Origin: Chitinophagales bacterium
Lineage (GTDB): Bacteria > Bacteroidota > Bacteroidia > Chitinophagales > BACL12
Direction: 5' to 3'
Assembly: GCA_044448625.1 (NCBI GenBank)
Contig: JBIOHA010000001.1
Location: 1 to 39,138, forward strand
DNA: 39,138 nt
Positions within the stretch are counted from its first letter, which is position 1; every line of letters begins with the position of its first letter. Below, piece by piece: positions 17,954 through 25,790 of this stretch. The notes beneath the pieces are model-generated. The model was not told the DNA's origin, searched no databases, and saw nothing but the letters and a program-made list of their open reading frames with translations. The position numbers and the translations under genes were made by a program.

Positions 17954-18056
17954 GTATCAGGTATCAAGTATCAGGTATCAAGTATCAGGTATCAAGTAAG
18001 AAATAACAACAATCATATTCGAATTGGGTGTTGTCATGATACCTGATACTTGATAC
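17954..18056. repeat. Heptamer/14-mer tandem array (locus B) with downstream inverted copy
   Basis: gtatcag gtatcaa x3 then gtaagaa (17954-18002). At 18037-18056, tgatacctgatacttgatac is the exact reverse complement of 20 nt of the array. The array begins 5 nt after the nadE stop. Confidence 0.9.
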
Positions 18057-18074
18057 TAATTATTAATTTTGGAA

Positions 18075-20387
18075 ATGACATTTTATAACCCATCCAATAA
18101 AGGTCCTATAATCGGAATTGCCGTTCTCCTTTTTCTCGGGATTTTCGGCAGTATTTTTTTCTTCACTTTTAAAGAATGCGGGAGTTCGGGAATTTTCCGC
18201 TCTGGCAAAACGAGTGACGCAACCGAATTATACCAGGTATTTCCTGCTGAATCGAATGGGAAGATATATTTGATCAGCCTGGAAGGTGTATTTAAAACAA
18301 GGATATATAGCAGACAGGGTGGAATAACGCAAAGAAGCGGTTCAACTGATATCAGGCTTACTTCCCATGATCTGGAAACCGGTGAGCAAACAATGAGAGA
18401 AGTGTTAGGAGATTATCACGACGCCTATACAAAAATATTGGGTGTGGGAAAAAATGTCATCTGGCTTTATAATAAAAAGAATGGATTGCACAGCAGGAAA
18501 ATTGAAGATTTTAAAATACTTACCACCAACGAAAAAATACTGGAGGCGAATAAAGACCTCTCCGAAGGACTTGCACTTGCCCAGGATTATCTCGGCAATC
18601 TCGACGAACTATATGCATATAATAATTATGCAGATGCATTAATGGTGACTACAATTTCTGGAAGAAAGATCTGGATAAGCGGAACAAATTTTAATACTGT
18701 TGAGCCACCGGTAATAAATGAAAAAAGAAATGATCTCGATAATATCATCGACGAAATTATCGACAAGGCCATGAACGGAGCAACACCTGAAATGGAAATA
18801 TTATATGATGAGATCATCCAAACCGCATCTGATCTGAGCTCTTTTTCAGATATTGGGCATACATCAACAAGAGTTACCGGTGCCGATAGCTGTGATTATT
18901 CTTTTGAAGGAGAAACTGTAAAATCAATAATCAAATCAAATTGCAAACAACCCCAGAAAGTAAATCCACTAAAGGAGAAGTCAGGCGTATTTATTCAACC
19001 TGTTTTCTTATCGGAATATAATACAGAACAGCAGAAATATATTAACCCGGTTTTTTTGGGCGATGACCGCTGCATTATTTTTCACTCAAAATCAGTAGGA
19101 GTAAATTCAGATCTGATGGTGAGCCTGGTGAATTTAAAAACATTGCAGCCTGAATTTACTACTAAAACCGGTATCATTTTGAGCAACTATCGGGCATCGT
19201 ATGAAATTAACGGCAGCTATGGAAATAGCGATTCGCTGTTTGTTGCTGTAGACAATCAATTATTCTGCTTCAACCTGAAATCAGGAAAATTAATTTGGAA
19301 GAACGTAATTGGCAAAGACGATTATTATTCACAGATATATTATCTCGGTACTGCATTTGAAAATGGAAAGCGCTACTTTATTGCTGCCAGCAGTTATTTT
19401 ACCGAGTTAAGCCGCGATGGAATTTTTGTTAACGGAAGAACAGATTACCAGGTGATCACAATTGATGGAGCTAATGGAAAAACCGTTAAGAAACTGGACG
19501 CTACTGATTCGAAGCCGGAAAAGCTACCTTATTATCTTGGAATGGCAGGCGGCAAGTCATGGTTTTATTCAAAGGCAAACGGTGTGCACGCAAGAACTGT
19601 TGCAGATCTGAAAATAACCGAAAATAGTTTTTTAGAAACAATAAAAAATGCCGGCATTGAATCTCAATTGGTAACCACTTCAAAATATGATGATGCCATT
19701 GAGGAAAAATATATCGGAATGGATGCGAAGAATTCATTGGTTTATTTTACAACAGAAAACGGGTTGCATTATACTTATAACCTGGATGACAAAAGAGTGT
19801 CTGAAGTAACAGCGCCTTCAGATAAAGATTACGAACGGTGGATGTCTGATAATCCGCATGTTGAATTTTACCGGGTGCATCATCAAAACATGTTTCACCA
19901 CGATCTGTTATTGCCGGGAGGAAAAGAATTATACTTTGAGGAAAGTAATTCCATTGCAAAATTAATGGTCAAAGAAAATAAGAAGATAAATACAAATTCA
20001 GCTGAGCCTTTAAAAACCAATCAATTTATTGAAGCTGAGTTTTTGACCAACGGCATATCGCTCAACAACAAATTTAATTTCAACGACAATCGCAATTCCC
20101 CACTATCATTAAATCCCACCGAAAAAACATTTTATATTTTTCATAAAAATAAGATCGCTCCCGATGCACACCAGATCATCTCAAAATTTAATTATGAAAA
20201 TGAAACGGTTGCATGGGCATTTGATATCACCAATGCGTTGGGAATTGGTGCAGAGATCGTTAGAATTTATACTCTGAACGACAGGCTCTATTTTATTTTC
20301 AAAACCCATCCCGATCTCGATGATAATTTTGTTTGTGTAGCTATTTCTGCTAATGACGGGAAAGTGATTTGGGATGCGAAATTCTAA
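18075..20387 (+). CDS. Hypothetical membrane-anchored protein with internally duplicated ~350-aa module and PQQ/BamB-like propeller motifs
   Basis: One N-terminal TM helix (GPIIGIAVLLFLGIFGSIFFFTF). Two similar segments are seen: 'NVIWLYNKKNGLHSRKIEDFKI' versus 'KSWFYSKANGVHARTVADLKI'. Both halves end in 'G-K-[LV]-IW' motifs. ATG at 18075 is preferred over TTG at 18069. Confidence 0.6.
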   Translation: MTFYNPSNKGPIIGIAVLLFLGIFGSIFFFTFKECGSSGIFRSGKTSDATELYQVFPAESNGKIYLISLEGVFKTRIYSRQGGITQRSGSTDIRLTSHDLETGEQTMREVLGDYHDAYTKILGVGKNVIWLYNKKNGLHSRKIEDFKILTTNEKILEANKDLSEGLALAQDYLGNLDELYAYNNYADALMVTTISGRKIWISGTNFNTVEPPVINEKRNDLDNIIDEIIDKAMNGATPEMEILYDEIIQTASDLSSFSDIGHTSTRVTGADSCDYSFEGETVKSIIKSNCKQPQKVNPLKEKSGVFIQPVFLSEYNTEQQKYINPVFLGDDRCIIFHSKSVGVNSDLMVSLVNLKTLQPEFTTKTGIILSNYRASYEINGSYGNSDSLFVAVDNQLFCFNLKSGKLIWKNVIGKDDYYSQIYYLGTAFENGKRYFIAASSYFTELSRDGIFVNGRTDYQVITIDGANGKTVKKLDATDSKPEKLPYYLGMAGGKSWFYSKANGVHARTVADLKITENSFLETIKNAGIESQLVTTSKYDDAIEEKYIGMDAKNSLVYFTTENGLHYTYNLDDKRVSEVTAPSDKDYERWMSDNPHVEFYRVHHQNMFHHDLLLPGGKELYFEESNSIAKLMVKENKKINTNSAEPLKTNQFIEAEFLTNGISLNNKFNFNDNRNSPLSLNPTEKTFYIFHKNKIAPDAHQIISKFNYENETVAWAFDITNALGIGAEIVRIYTLNDRLYFIFKTHPDLDDNFVCVAISANDGKVIWDAKF

Positions 20388-20390
20388 AGG

Positions 20391-20445
20391 GAGCCAGGAG
20401 TCAGGATGAACAGCCGATGCTGGATACTGCTACTGCCAACTGATT
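20391..20445. repeat. Degenerate short-period repeat (locus C) between convergent genes
   Basis: gagccag gagtcag gatgaac ... gatgctg gatactg ctactg ccaactg. The left half has ...CAG units and the right half ...CTG units. It fills the gap between the stop at 20387 and the rng stop at 20446. It is much weaker than the other loci. Confidence 0.3.
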
Positions 20446-21999
20446 CTATTCGACATGAATCTCTTCATCATCCTTATCGAAAAACCGGTATTCGAGAAAT
20501 TGAAAATCGTCGCTGCCCATGATATGAATTTTTCTTTTGTAGGAAAAATACCATTTCCATTTAATACTGCGAAACCATTTTCCTTTTTTAATATATGCTT
20601 CAACAAAGGGATGAACAACCAGTTTAATATATTTCTGATTCTGATTAAGAACGAGATATTTTATTTTCCTTTCAATATCATCAATTAATAAAATGCTTGC
20701 TTCAATTTTTCCAGTTCCATTGCATGTAGGGCAAACTTCAGCAGTAGTAATATTTACCTCTGGCCGTACACGCTGACGGGTAATTTGTGCAACTCCGAAT
20801 TTTGAAACTGGAAGAATGGTATGTTTTGCTCGGTCGTGCTCCATTGCATCACGCAAGGCTCCGTACACTGTTTTCTTATTGTCGGGATGACGCATGTCGA
20901 TGAAGTCGACAATAATAATTCCACCAAGGTCCCTTAATCTTAATTGCCTGGCAATTTCTTTTGCCGCTTCGAGGTTTACCGAAAGCGCATTTTGTTCCTG
21001 GTCGCCTTTAACAGCAGTTTTATTTCCGCTGTTCACGTCAATTACATGCAAAGCTTCGGTATGTTCAACAATTAAATAAGCGCCGCTGGCCATATTAACG
21101 GTTCGGCCAAACAATGATTTAATTTGTTTTGTAACTCCGTATTGTTCAAAAACTGCTTTTGGAGAATTATGGAAATTCACCATTTTTTCTGAACCCGGAC
21201 TTATCCTCCGCACATAATCTCTTATCTCATTTGCTATAGAACCCTCGTTCACCACAATATTATTGAAGGATGCATTGAGCACATCCCGCAACAGCGAATT
21301 TGTTTTTCGTGTTTCGCTATATACAATTTGGGGAGCCTGCAAATGATGAAGGCGTTTTGTTATTTCTTCCCATTGCGACACCAATTCTTTAAGATCCTGG
21401 TGCAATTGATTAGTTGAAACGCCATCGGCCACAGTTCTTATTATTACTCCAAATCCCTTCGGCCTTAATTGCTCGATAGCAACCTGCAATCTTTTTCTTT
21501 CGGCAACAGAAGCAATTTTTCTTGACACTCCTACAACTTCATTAAAAGGTGTAAGTACCAGATAACGGCCGGCAAGTGAAAGTTCGCAACTCAGCCTCGG
21601 TCCTTTGGTTTGAATTGGCTCCTTGATGATCTGAACAAGAATATGCTGATTTTTAGCAATAACATTGTTGATCTTCCCGGTTTTGATGATCTCGGGCTCT
21701 TTTATAAAACTATCCATCCGGTAAGGATGTCCTTCCTGGGCCGCTTTGGTATATTTATAAATTGACCTGAACTGCGGGTTGAGATCGGTGTAATGAAGAA
21801 ATGCGTCACGCTCAAAGCCCACATCAACAAAGCAGGCATTGAGGCCGGGAGTGATCTTTTTAACCCTTCCCAAATAAAAATCACCAACATTAAAGCGGCT
21901 GCTTTGCGTGTCGCGATGTATCTCTACAAGCTGTTTATCTTCTAATAAAGCTATTTCAGCTCCTGTCGGAGTTGAATTAATAATGAGTTCCCTTTCCAA
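20446..21999 (-). CDS. rng: Ribonuclease G/E family endoribonuclease
   Basis: 517 aa. The S1 domain has 'GDFYLGRVKKITPGLNACFVDVGFERDAFLH', and the catalytic region has 'ALHVIDVNSG' and 'GGIIIVDFIDM'. Confidence 0.9.
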   Translation of the reverse strand: MERELIINSTPTGAEIALLEDKQLVEIHRDTQSSRFNVGDFYLGRVKKITPGLNACFVDVGFERDAFLHYTDLNPQFRSIYKYTKAAQEGHPYRMDSFIKEPEIIKTGKINNVIAKNQHILVQIIKEPIQTKGPRLSCELSLAGRYLVLTPFNEVVGVSRKIASVAERKRLQVAIEQLRPKGFGVIIRTVADGVSTNQLHQDLKELVSQWEEITKRLHHLQAPQIVYSETRKTNSLLRDVLNASFNNIVVNEGSIANEIRDYVRRISPGSEKMVNFHNSPKAVFEQYGVTKQIKSLFGRTVNMASGAYLIVEHTEALHVIDVNSGNKTAVKGDQEQNALSVNLEAAKEIARQLRLRDLGGIIIVDFIDMRHPDNKKTVYGALRDAMEHDRAKHTILPVSKFGVAQITRQRVRPEVNITTAEVCPTCNGTGKIEASILLIDDIERKIKYLVLNQNQKYIKLVVHPFVEAYIKKGKWFRSIKWKWYFSYKRKIHIMGSDDFQFLEYRFFDKDDEEIHVE

Positions 22000-22091
22000 A
22001 ATATATTATACGTTACTCCCATTAATGGAAAATTTAACAATTGGTTATTCCGCCTTTGGGCGGATGGTTGGTTGGAAAATATAATGGGTAG

Positions 22092-22119
22092 AAAAAATGC
22101 CCTGCCTGCGGCTGGCAAG
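22092..22119 (-). terminator. Candidate rho-independent terminator after the bS22-like gene
   Basis: Minus strand has a 6-bp stem cttgcc / ggcagg (one G-U) with loop agccgca, then gca + T6. It starts immediately after the stop at 22121. Confidence 0.4.
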
Positions 22120-22120
22120 C

Positions 22121-22216
22121 TTAACGCTGTTTCTTCTTATGGCGGTTCTTTCTCAGGCGTTTTTTACGCTTGTGAGTGGCCATTTTATGTCTTTTACGTT
22201 TTTTACCTGATGGCAT
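22121..22216 (-). CDS. 31-aa highly basic protein, bS22-type (AURKAIP1/COX24-like) ribosomal protein candidate
   Basis: Not in the ORF track because it is under 60 aa. Hand translation of the minus strand gives MPSGKKRKRHKMATHKRKKRLRKNRHKKKQR*. ATG is at 22216-22214 and TAA at 22123-22121. It lies 14 nt downstream of the TPR gene and is followed by a terminator-like hairpin. Confidence 0.7.
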   Translation of the reverse strand: MPSGKKRKRHKMATHKRKKRLRKNRHKKKQR

Positions 22217-22230
22217 AAAAATGATTTTAA

Positions 22231-23019
22231 TTAATGATTTAAATTTCTTATTTGCATATCCACCTGATCGGTTATTGTTTTATCGGTGGTAAATGATTTT
22301 AATTTTTCAAGTTCGATGATGGCTGTTGACGTGTCGTGCATCCCCAAAAAGGTTTGAGCCATCATATAACGAGCCTGCAAATTTAGAGAATCTTTTTGTA
22401 AAACCCTTTCAAACCGTTCTAAAGCTTTATCATATTGACCACTCATGACCGAAAATCTTCCCAATTCAAGATTTACTTTAATATTGTCGGGATTCGAGGC
22501 ATCAATTTCCCTCAGCATCATAATCCCTTCCATGGGTGAGTTGGTGCCGGAAACCAGCACTGTTGCCAGCCCGATCTTTGCATCCATATCGCCGGGTTTT
22601 AGTTTTTCAGCCTGCTCAAATGCATATCTCGCCCCATACACCACATTAACCCGCAGGTTTTCATCCTTTTCAAAATCAATGAGGTTTGCCAGTGACTGGC
22701 CGGCTACCATATAGTTTTCATAGGTCGGTTCATTGTCGGCTAAGAGAAGCAAATAGTTTGCAGAAATAGCGGGTTGCGCCAAATTCAACCAATCCTCAGA
22801 GAGTTGTTTCAGGAGTGTAGTTTTTGAACCTGCAGATGAACGGAGCATATCATCGTGCATGCTAATGAGTAATTCGCCATTGGGGTAATGCAGCGAATCA
22901 ACAAGCTTTTCACGCCGGAGGTCAAACACCGACTTTTTAGGAGGTTTATTGGTAAACCCGAAAAAAAGGACTGCCACGCATAAAATTGCGAGCGCCACAG
23001 CAATCAAAACACTTTTCAC
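22231..23019 (-). CDS. Membrane-anchored TPR-repeat protein
   Basis: 262 aa with an N-terminal TM helix (VLIAVALAILCVAVLFFGF) followed by TPR-like repeats ('YDKALERFERVLQKD', 'ARYMMAQTFLGMHD'). Its start overlaps the upstream HU-like gene by 4 nt. Confidence 0.7.
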   Translation of the reverse strand: MKSVLIAVALAILCVAVLFFGFTNKPPKKSVFDLRREKLVDSLHYPNGELLISMHDDMLRSSAGSKTTLLKQLSEDWLNLAQPAISANYLLLLADNEPTYENYMVAGQSLANLIDFEKDENLRVNVVYGARYAFEQAEKLKPGDMDAKIGLATVLVSGTNSPMEGIMMLREIDASNPDNIKVNLELGRFSVMSGQYDKALERFERVLQKDSLNLQARYMMAQTFLGMHDTSTAIIELEKLKSFTTDKTITDQVDMQIRNLNH

Positions 23020-23321
23020 TCTATTGGGGTTATTTTATTCTTTTTACCATCTCTTACTCTGTTCACAAACATTTTGGAAGGCTTAAAGGCGGGAATTTTT
23101 TGCTCCGGAATTTCTATTGCAATATTCTTTTTAATTATCCTTCCGATCTTCTTTTTGCGTGTTTTTACTATAAAACTTCCAAAACCTCTAACATACACAT
23201 TGTGGCCATCAGCCATTGCTTCTCTTATTTCTTTGCAAAAGGCTTCAACTACCACCATAACATCAACTTTTTCGAGTCCTGTCTTTTCTGTGATCCGGTT
23301 TACTATATCAGCTTTTCTCAT
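23016..23321 (-). CDS. HU/IHF-family DNA-binding protein
   Basis: 101 aa. 'ADIVNRITEKTGLEKVDV...EAFCKEIREAMADGHNVYVRGFGSFIVKTRKKKIGR...IEIPEQKIPAFKPSK' shows the HU/IHF fold signature. Confidence 0.85.
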   Translation of the reverse strand: MRKADIVNRITEKTGLEKVDVMVVVEAFCKEIREAMADGHNVYVRGFGSFIVKTRKKKIGRIIKKNIAIEIPEQKIPAFKPSKMFVNRVRDGKKNKITPIE

Positions 23322-23423
23322 AGGCTCTTCGGTTTAGTTTGATAATGAGCACTTTAAACTACAAAATTCGCGTTTTTATTTCAAACAACCTCAATTTTTT
23401 ACAGTTCGTATTATTGTACCAAA

Positions 23424-24482
23424 ATGGTAAATAAATTCAGCCAACGGCTATTGAACTGGTATAAAACCAATCAACGGAATTTGCCCTGGACTGGTTTAAA
23501 GGATCCATATAAGGTTTGGCTGAGTGAGATCATTTTACAACAAACACGTGTTGAACAGGGCAGAGCATATTATCTCGCATTCATAAAAAAATTTCCCACC
23601 GTTTTTCATCTTGCAAAAGCACCAGAAGATCAGGTGATGAAAATGTGGGAGGGACTGGGCTATTATTCACGTGCAGTAAATATGCATGCAACAGCTAAGG
23701 AAGTAGTTGCAAAATACAATGGGGTTTTTCCTGATGCTTTTGAAAAATTGATCCCCTTAAAAGGAATTGGCAATTATACGGCGTATGCAATTCTGTCTTA
23801 TGCATTTAGCCAACCGTTTGCTGTTGCCGATGGAAATGTTTTAAGAATAATTTCGAGGATTTATGGAATTAAAGAACCCGTGGATAGTTTGAAGGGCAGA
23901 AAAAAAATTGAAACACTTGCAAATAAATTACTCGACAAAAAAAGGCCAGGCGAATTCAACCAGGCGATGATGGACTTTGGTTCACTCATTTGCAAACCTA
24001 AAAACCCGTTATGTGAAATTTGTCCGTTTAAAAATTCGTGCACTGCATATTTAAATGAGACTGTGTTTTATTACCCGGTTAAAGAAAAATCCGCCGTTAA
24101 ACAGAAAAGGTATTTTAATTATTTTGTTTTATTTTCTTCAAACAAAATAATAATTGAAAAAAGAATTGGCAACGACATCTGGAAAAATTTATACCAGTTT
24201 CCTTTAATCGAATCTGATGCATTGCTTAGTTTGGATCAATTAAAAAAAACACCCAGCTATAAAAAAATAGTAAATGGGAATGTATTGTCAACTTCCGTTT
24301 CGGAGGCGTTTAGTCAGCAGCTCACCCATCGATCGATCAAAAGTCGGTTTTTTATTTTCGAAGTTGAGGATATAAAAGATAGGCTCATACCAGGTGCCGG
24401 AATCATTAAGATCAGCGACTTAAAAAAGTATTCTTTTCCGGGAACAATTCGCGAATTTTTGAAAAGAAATAGTTATTTTTAG
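23424..24482 (+). CDS. mutY: A/G-specific adenine DNA glycosylase
   Basis: 352 aa. It has 'LPWTGLKDPYKVWLSEIILQQTRV', an HhH 'LKGIGNYTAYAI', a 4Fe-4S Cys cluster 'CKPKNPLCEICPFKNSC' and a C-terminal NUDIX-like domain. Confidence 0.92.
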   Translation: MVNKFSQRLLNWYKTNQRNLPWTGLKDPYKVWLSEIILQQTRVEQGRAYYLAFIKKFPTVFHLAKAPEDQVMKMWEGLGYYSRAVNMHATAKEVVAKYNGVFPDAFEKLIPLKGIGNYTAYAILSYAFSQPFAVADGNVLRIISRIYGIKEPVDSLKGRKKIETLANKLLDKKRPGEFNQAMMDFGSLICKPKNPLCEICPFKNSCTAYLNETVFYYPVKEKSAVKQKRYFNYFVLFSSNKIIIEKRIGNDIWKNLYQFPLIESDALLSLDQLKKTPSYKKIVNGNVLSTSVSEAFSQQLTHRSIKSRFFIFEVEDIKDRLIPGAGIIKISDLKKYSFPGTIREFLKRNSYF

Positions 24483-24513
24483 ATTCAAAAGCAACAGTAC
24501 TAAACCGATCAAT

Positions 24514-24963
24514 ATGAGTGGGGTAAATAAAGTAATTCTCATTGGTAATCTGGGAAAAGATCCCGACCTGAGAAATTTTGAAGGCGGTAATGTTGTAGCA
24601 AACTTTACACTGGCTACAACAGAAGTTTACCGCGACCGCAATGGCAATAAAGTAGACCAAACCGAGTGGCATAATATTGCAATGTGGGGCAAGCTTGCGG
24701 AGATAGCGGGCAAGATCCTGCGCAAAGGAGCTAAAGTATATATAGAGGGGAGAATAAAAAATCGCTCCTGGGAGGATCGTGATGGCAATAAACGACATAT
24801 CACCGAGATCGTGGCTGAAAATTTTACCTTGCTCGGGCCAAGACCTGGAGCTGGCACCACTACCATTACAACACAAGGAGGCACTGAGTACGAAATGACG
24901 CATTCTCAACCTGAAAATGAAAAGGGAATGATGGTGGATGAGGAGAATGATCTTCCATTCTGA
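24514..24963 (+). CDS. ssb: Single-stranded DNA-binding protein
   Basis: 149 aa. The OB fold has 'NKVILIGNLGKDPDLR' and 'TEWHNIAMWGKLAE'. The acidic C-terminal tip is 'ENDLPF'. Confidence 0.95.
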   Translation: MSGVNKVILIGNLGKDPDLRNFEGGNVVANFTLATTEVYRDRNGNKVDQTEWHNIAMWGKLAEIAGKILRKGAKVYIEGRIKNRSWEDRDGNKRHITEIVAENFTLLGPRPGAGTTTITTQGGTEYEMTHSQPENEKGMMVDEENDLPF

Positions 24964-24997
24964 AGAAATTCCGAATATTGATAGTTATGTTATTTTT

Positions 24998-25022
24998 ACC
25001 TGCACATTTGCTGCAGGTTTTT
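24998..25022 (+). terminator. Rho-independent terminator after ssb
   Basis: Stem acctgca (24998-25004), loop catttgc, stem tgcaggt (25012-25018), followed by a T-run. Confidence 0.55.
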
Positions 25023-25046
25023 AATTTTTATACGTTATAGTTAATT

Positions 25047-25652
25047 ATGAGTAGGGGAGTAAAATTGTTGATATTGTTATTGCTGCCTTTAGCATTTATT
25101 ATTTCCTGCCACACCGACACTACACCAAAACCTTCTTCATACCCTAGAATATTTTTTCCGGAGATGAAAGAACTGGTAACTTATGATGACCCGAATTGTC
25201 CATACACTTTCCAGTTACCTGATTATTATATTATCAATAAAAATGTAACCTATTTTAATGAAACCCCTGAGGATCCCTGCTGGCTGAATTTAATTTGCAG
25301 TGATCTCAATGCAACAATATATTTGAGCTACAAGGAGCTCACCGAAAAACAGAAATTACAACAACTCGTTGAAGACGCATACAAATTAACTTACAAGCAT
25401 AGCAGTCAGGCTGATTTTATTCAACCCCAGGAAATAGAAAATGAATATGGTGTGCATGGATTAATTTATTATGTTGGCGGAGACGCCGCAAGCAACTTTC
25501 AATTCTTTGTTACTGACACAATTTCCAATTTTGTCAGGGGATCATTATACTTTAATAACCGCCCCAATGCAGATTCATTAAAACCGGTTGTGCAATTTTT
25601 GGTCAACGATATTCAGGGGATGTTGAGTACGTGGAAGTGGAGATTGGATTGA
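25047..25652 (+). CDS. gldD: Gliding motility lipoprotein GldD-like
   Basis: 201 aa with a lipoprotein signal 'FIISC'. 'TPKPSSYPRIFFPE', 'IYLSYKEL' and 'GSLYFNNRPNADSLKPV' resemble GldD. It lies downstream of mutY-ssb. Assignment is from motif memory. Confidence 0.6.
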   Translation: MSRGVKLLILLLLPLAFIISCHTDTTPKPSSYPRIFFPEMKELVTYDDPNCPYTFQLPDYYIINKNVTYFNETPEDPCWLNLICSDLNATIYLSYKELTEKQKLQQLVEDAYKLTYKHSSQADFIQPQEIENEYGVHGLIYYVGGDAASNFQFFVTDTISNFVRGSLYFNNRPNADSLKPVVQFLVNDIQGMLSTWKWRLD

Positions 25653-25657
25653 GAAAA

Positions 25658-25685
25658 GTAAGAAGTAAGAAGTAAGAAGTAAGAA
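25658..25685. repeat. Heptanucleotide tandem array (locus D): gtaagaa x4, perfect
   Basis: Four identical units begin 5 nt after the gldD-like stop (25650-25652). Degenerate in-phase units (cgtggaa gtggaga ttggatt gagaaaa) extend back into the last 7 codons. Confidence 0.9.
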
Positions 25686-25790
25686 GCTGTATTAGTTAAG
25701 TCATTGGTTTTTGTCCTGTTTTATGGCTGCTGGTTCCCGGTTCATTTTCCAAATCTTGCTCACTCTCTAAATTTTGCACAATTTTACCTC

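Noticed and set aside
22050-22063. ccgcc-tttg-ggcgg hairpin in the rng upstream leader
   Set aside because: It is a 5-bp stem only, has no adjacent U-tract on the rng strand, and is insufficient to call a regulatory structure.
22986-23342. 118-aa and 87-aa plus-strand ORFs opposite the HU/IHF-like gene
   Set aside because: The minus-strand product has an unmistakable HU/IHF signature, and the plus-strand translations are low-complexity.
24412-24909. 165-aa and 85-aa minus-strand ORFs across ssb
   Set aside because: They are antisense to a canonical ssb with an OB fold and DDLPF-type tail, so they are spurious.
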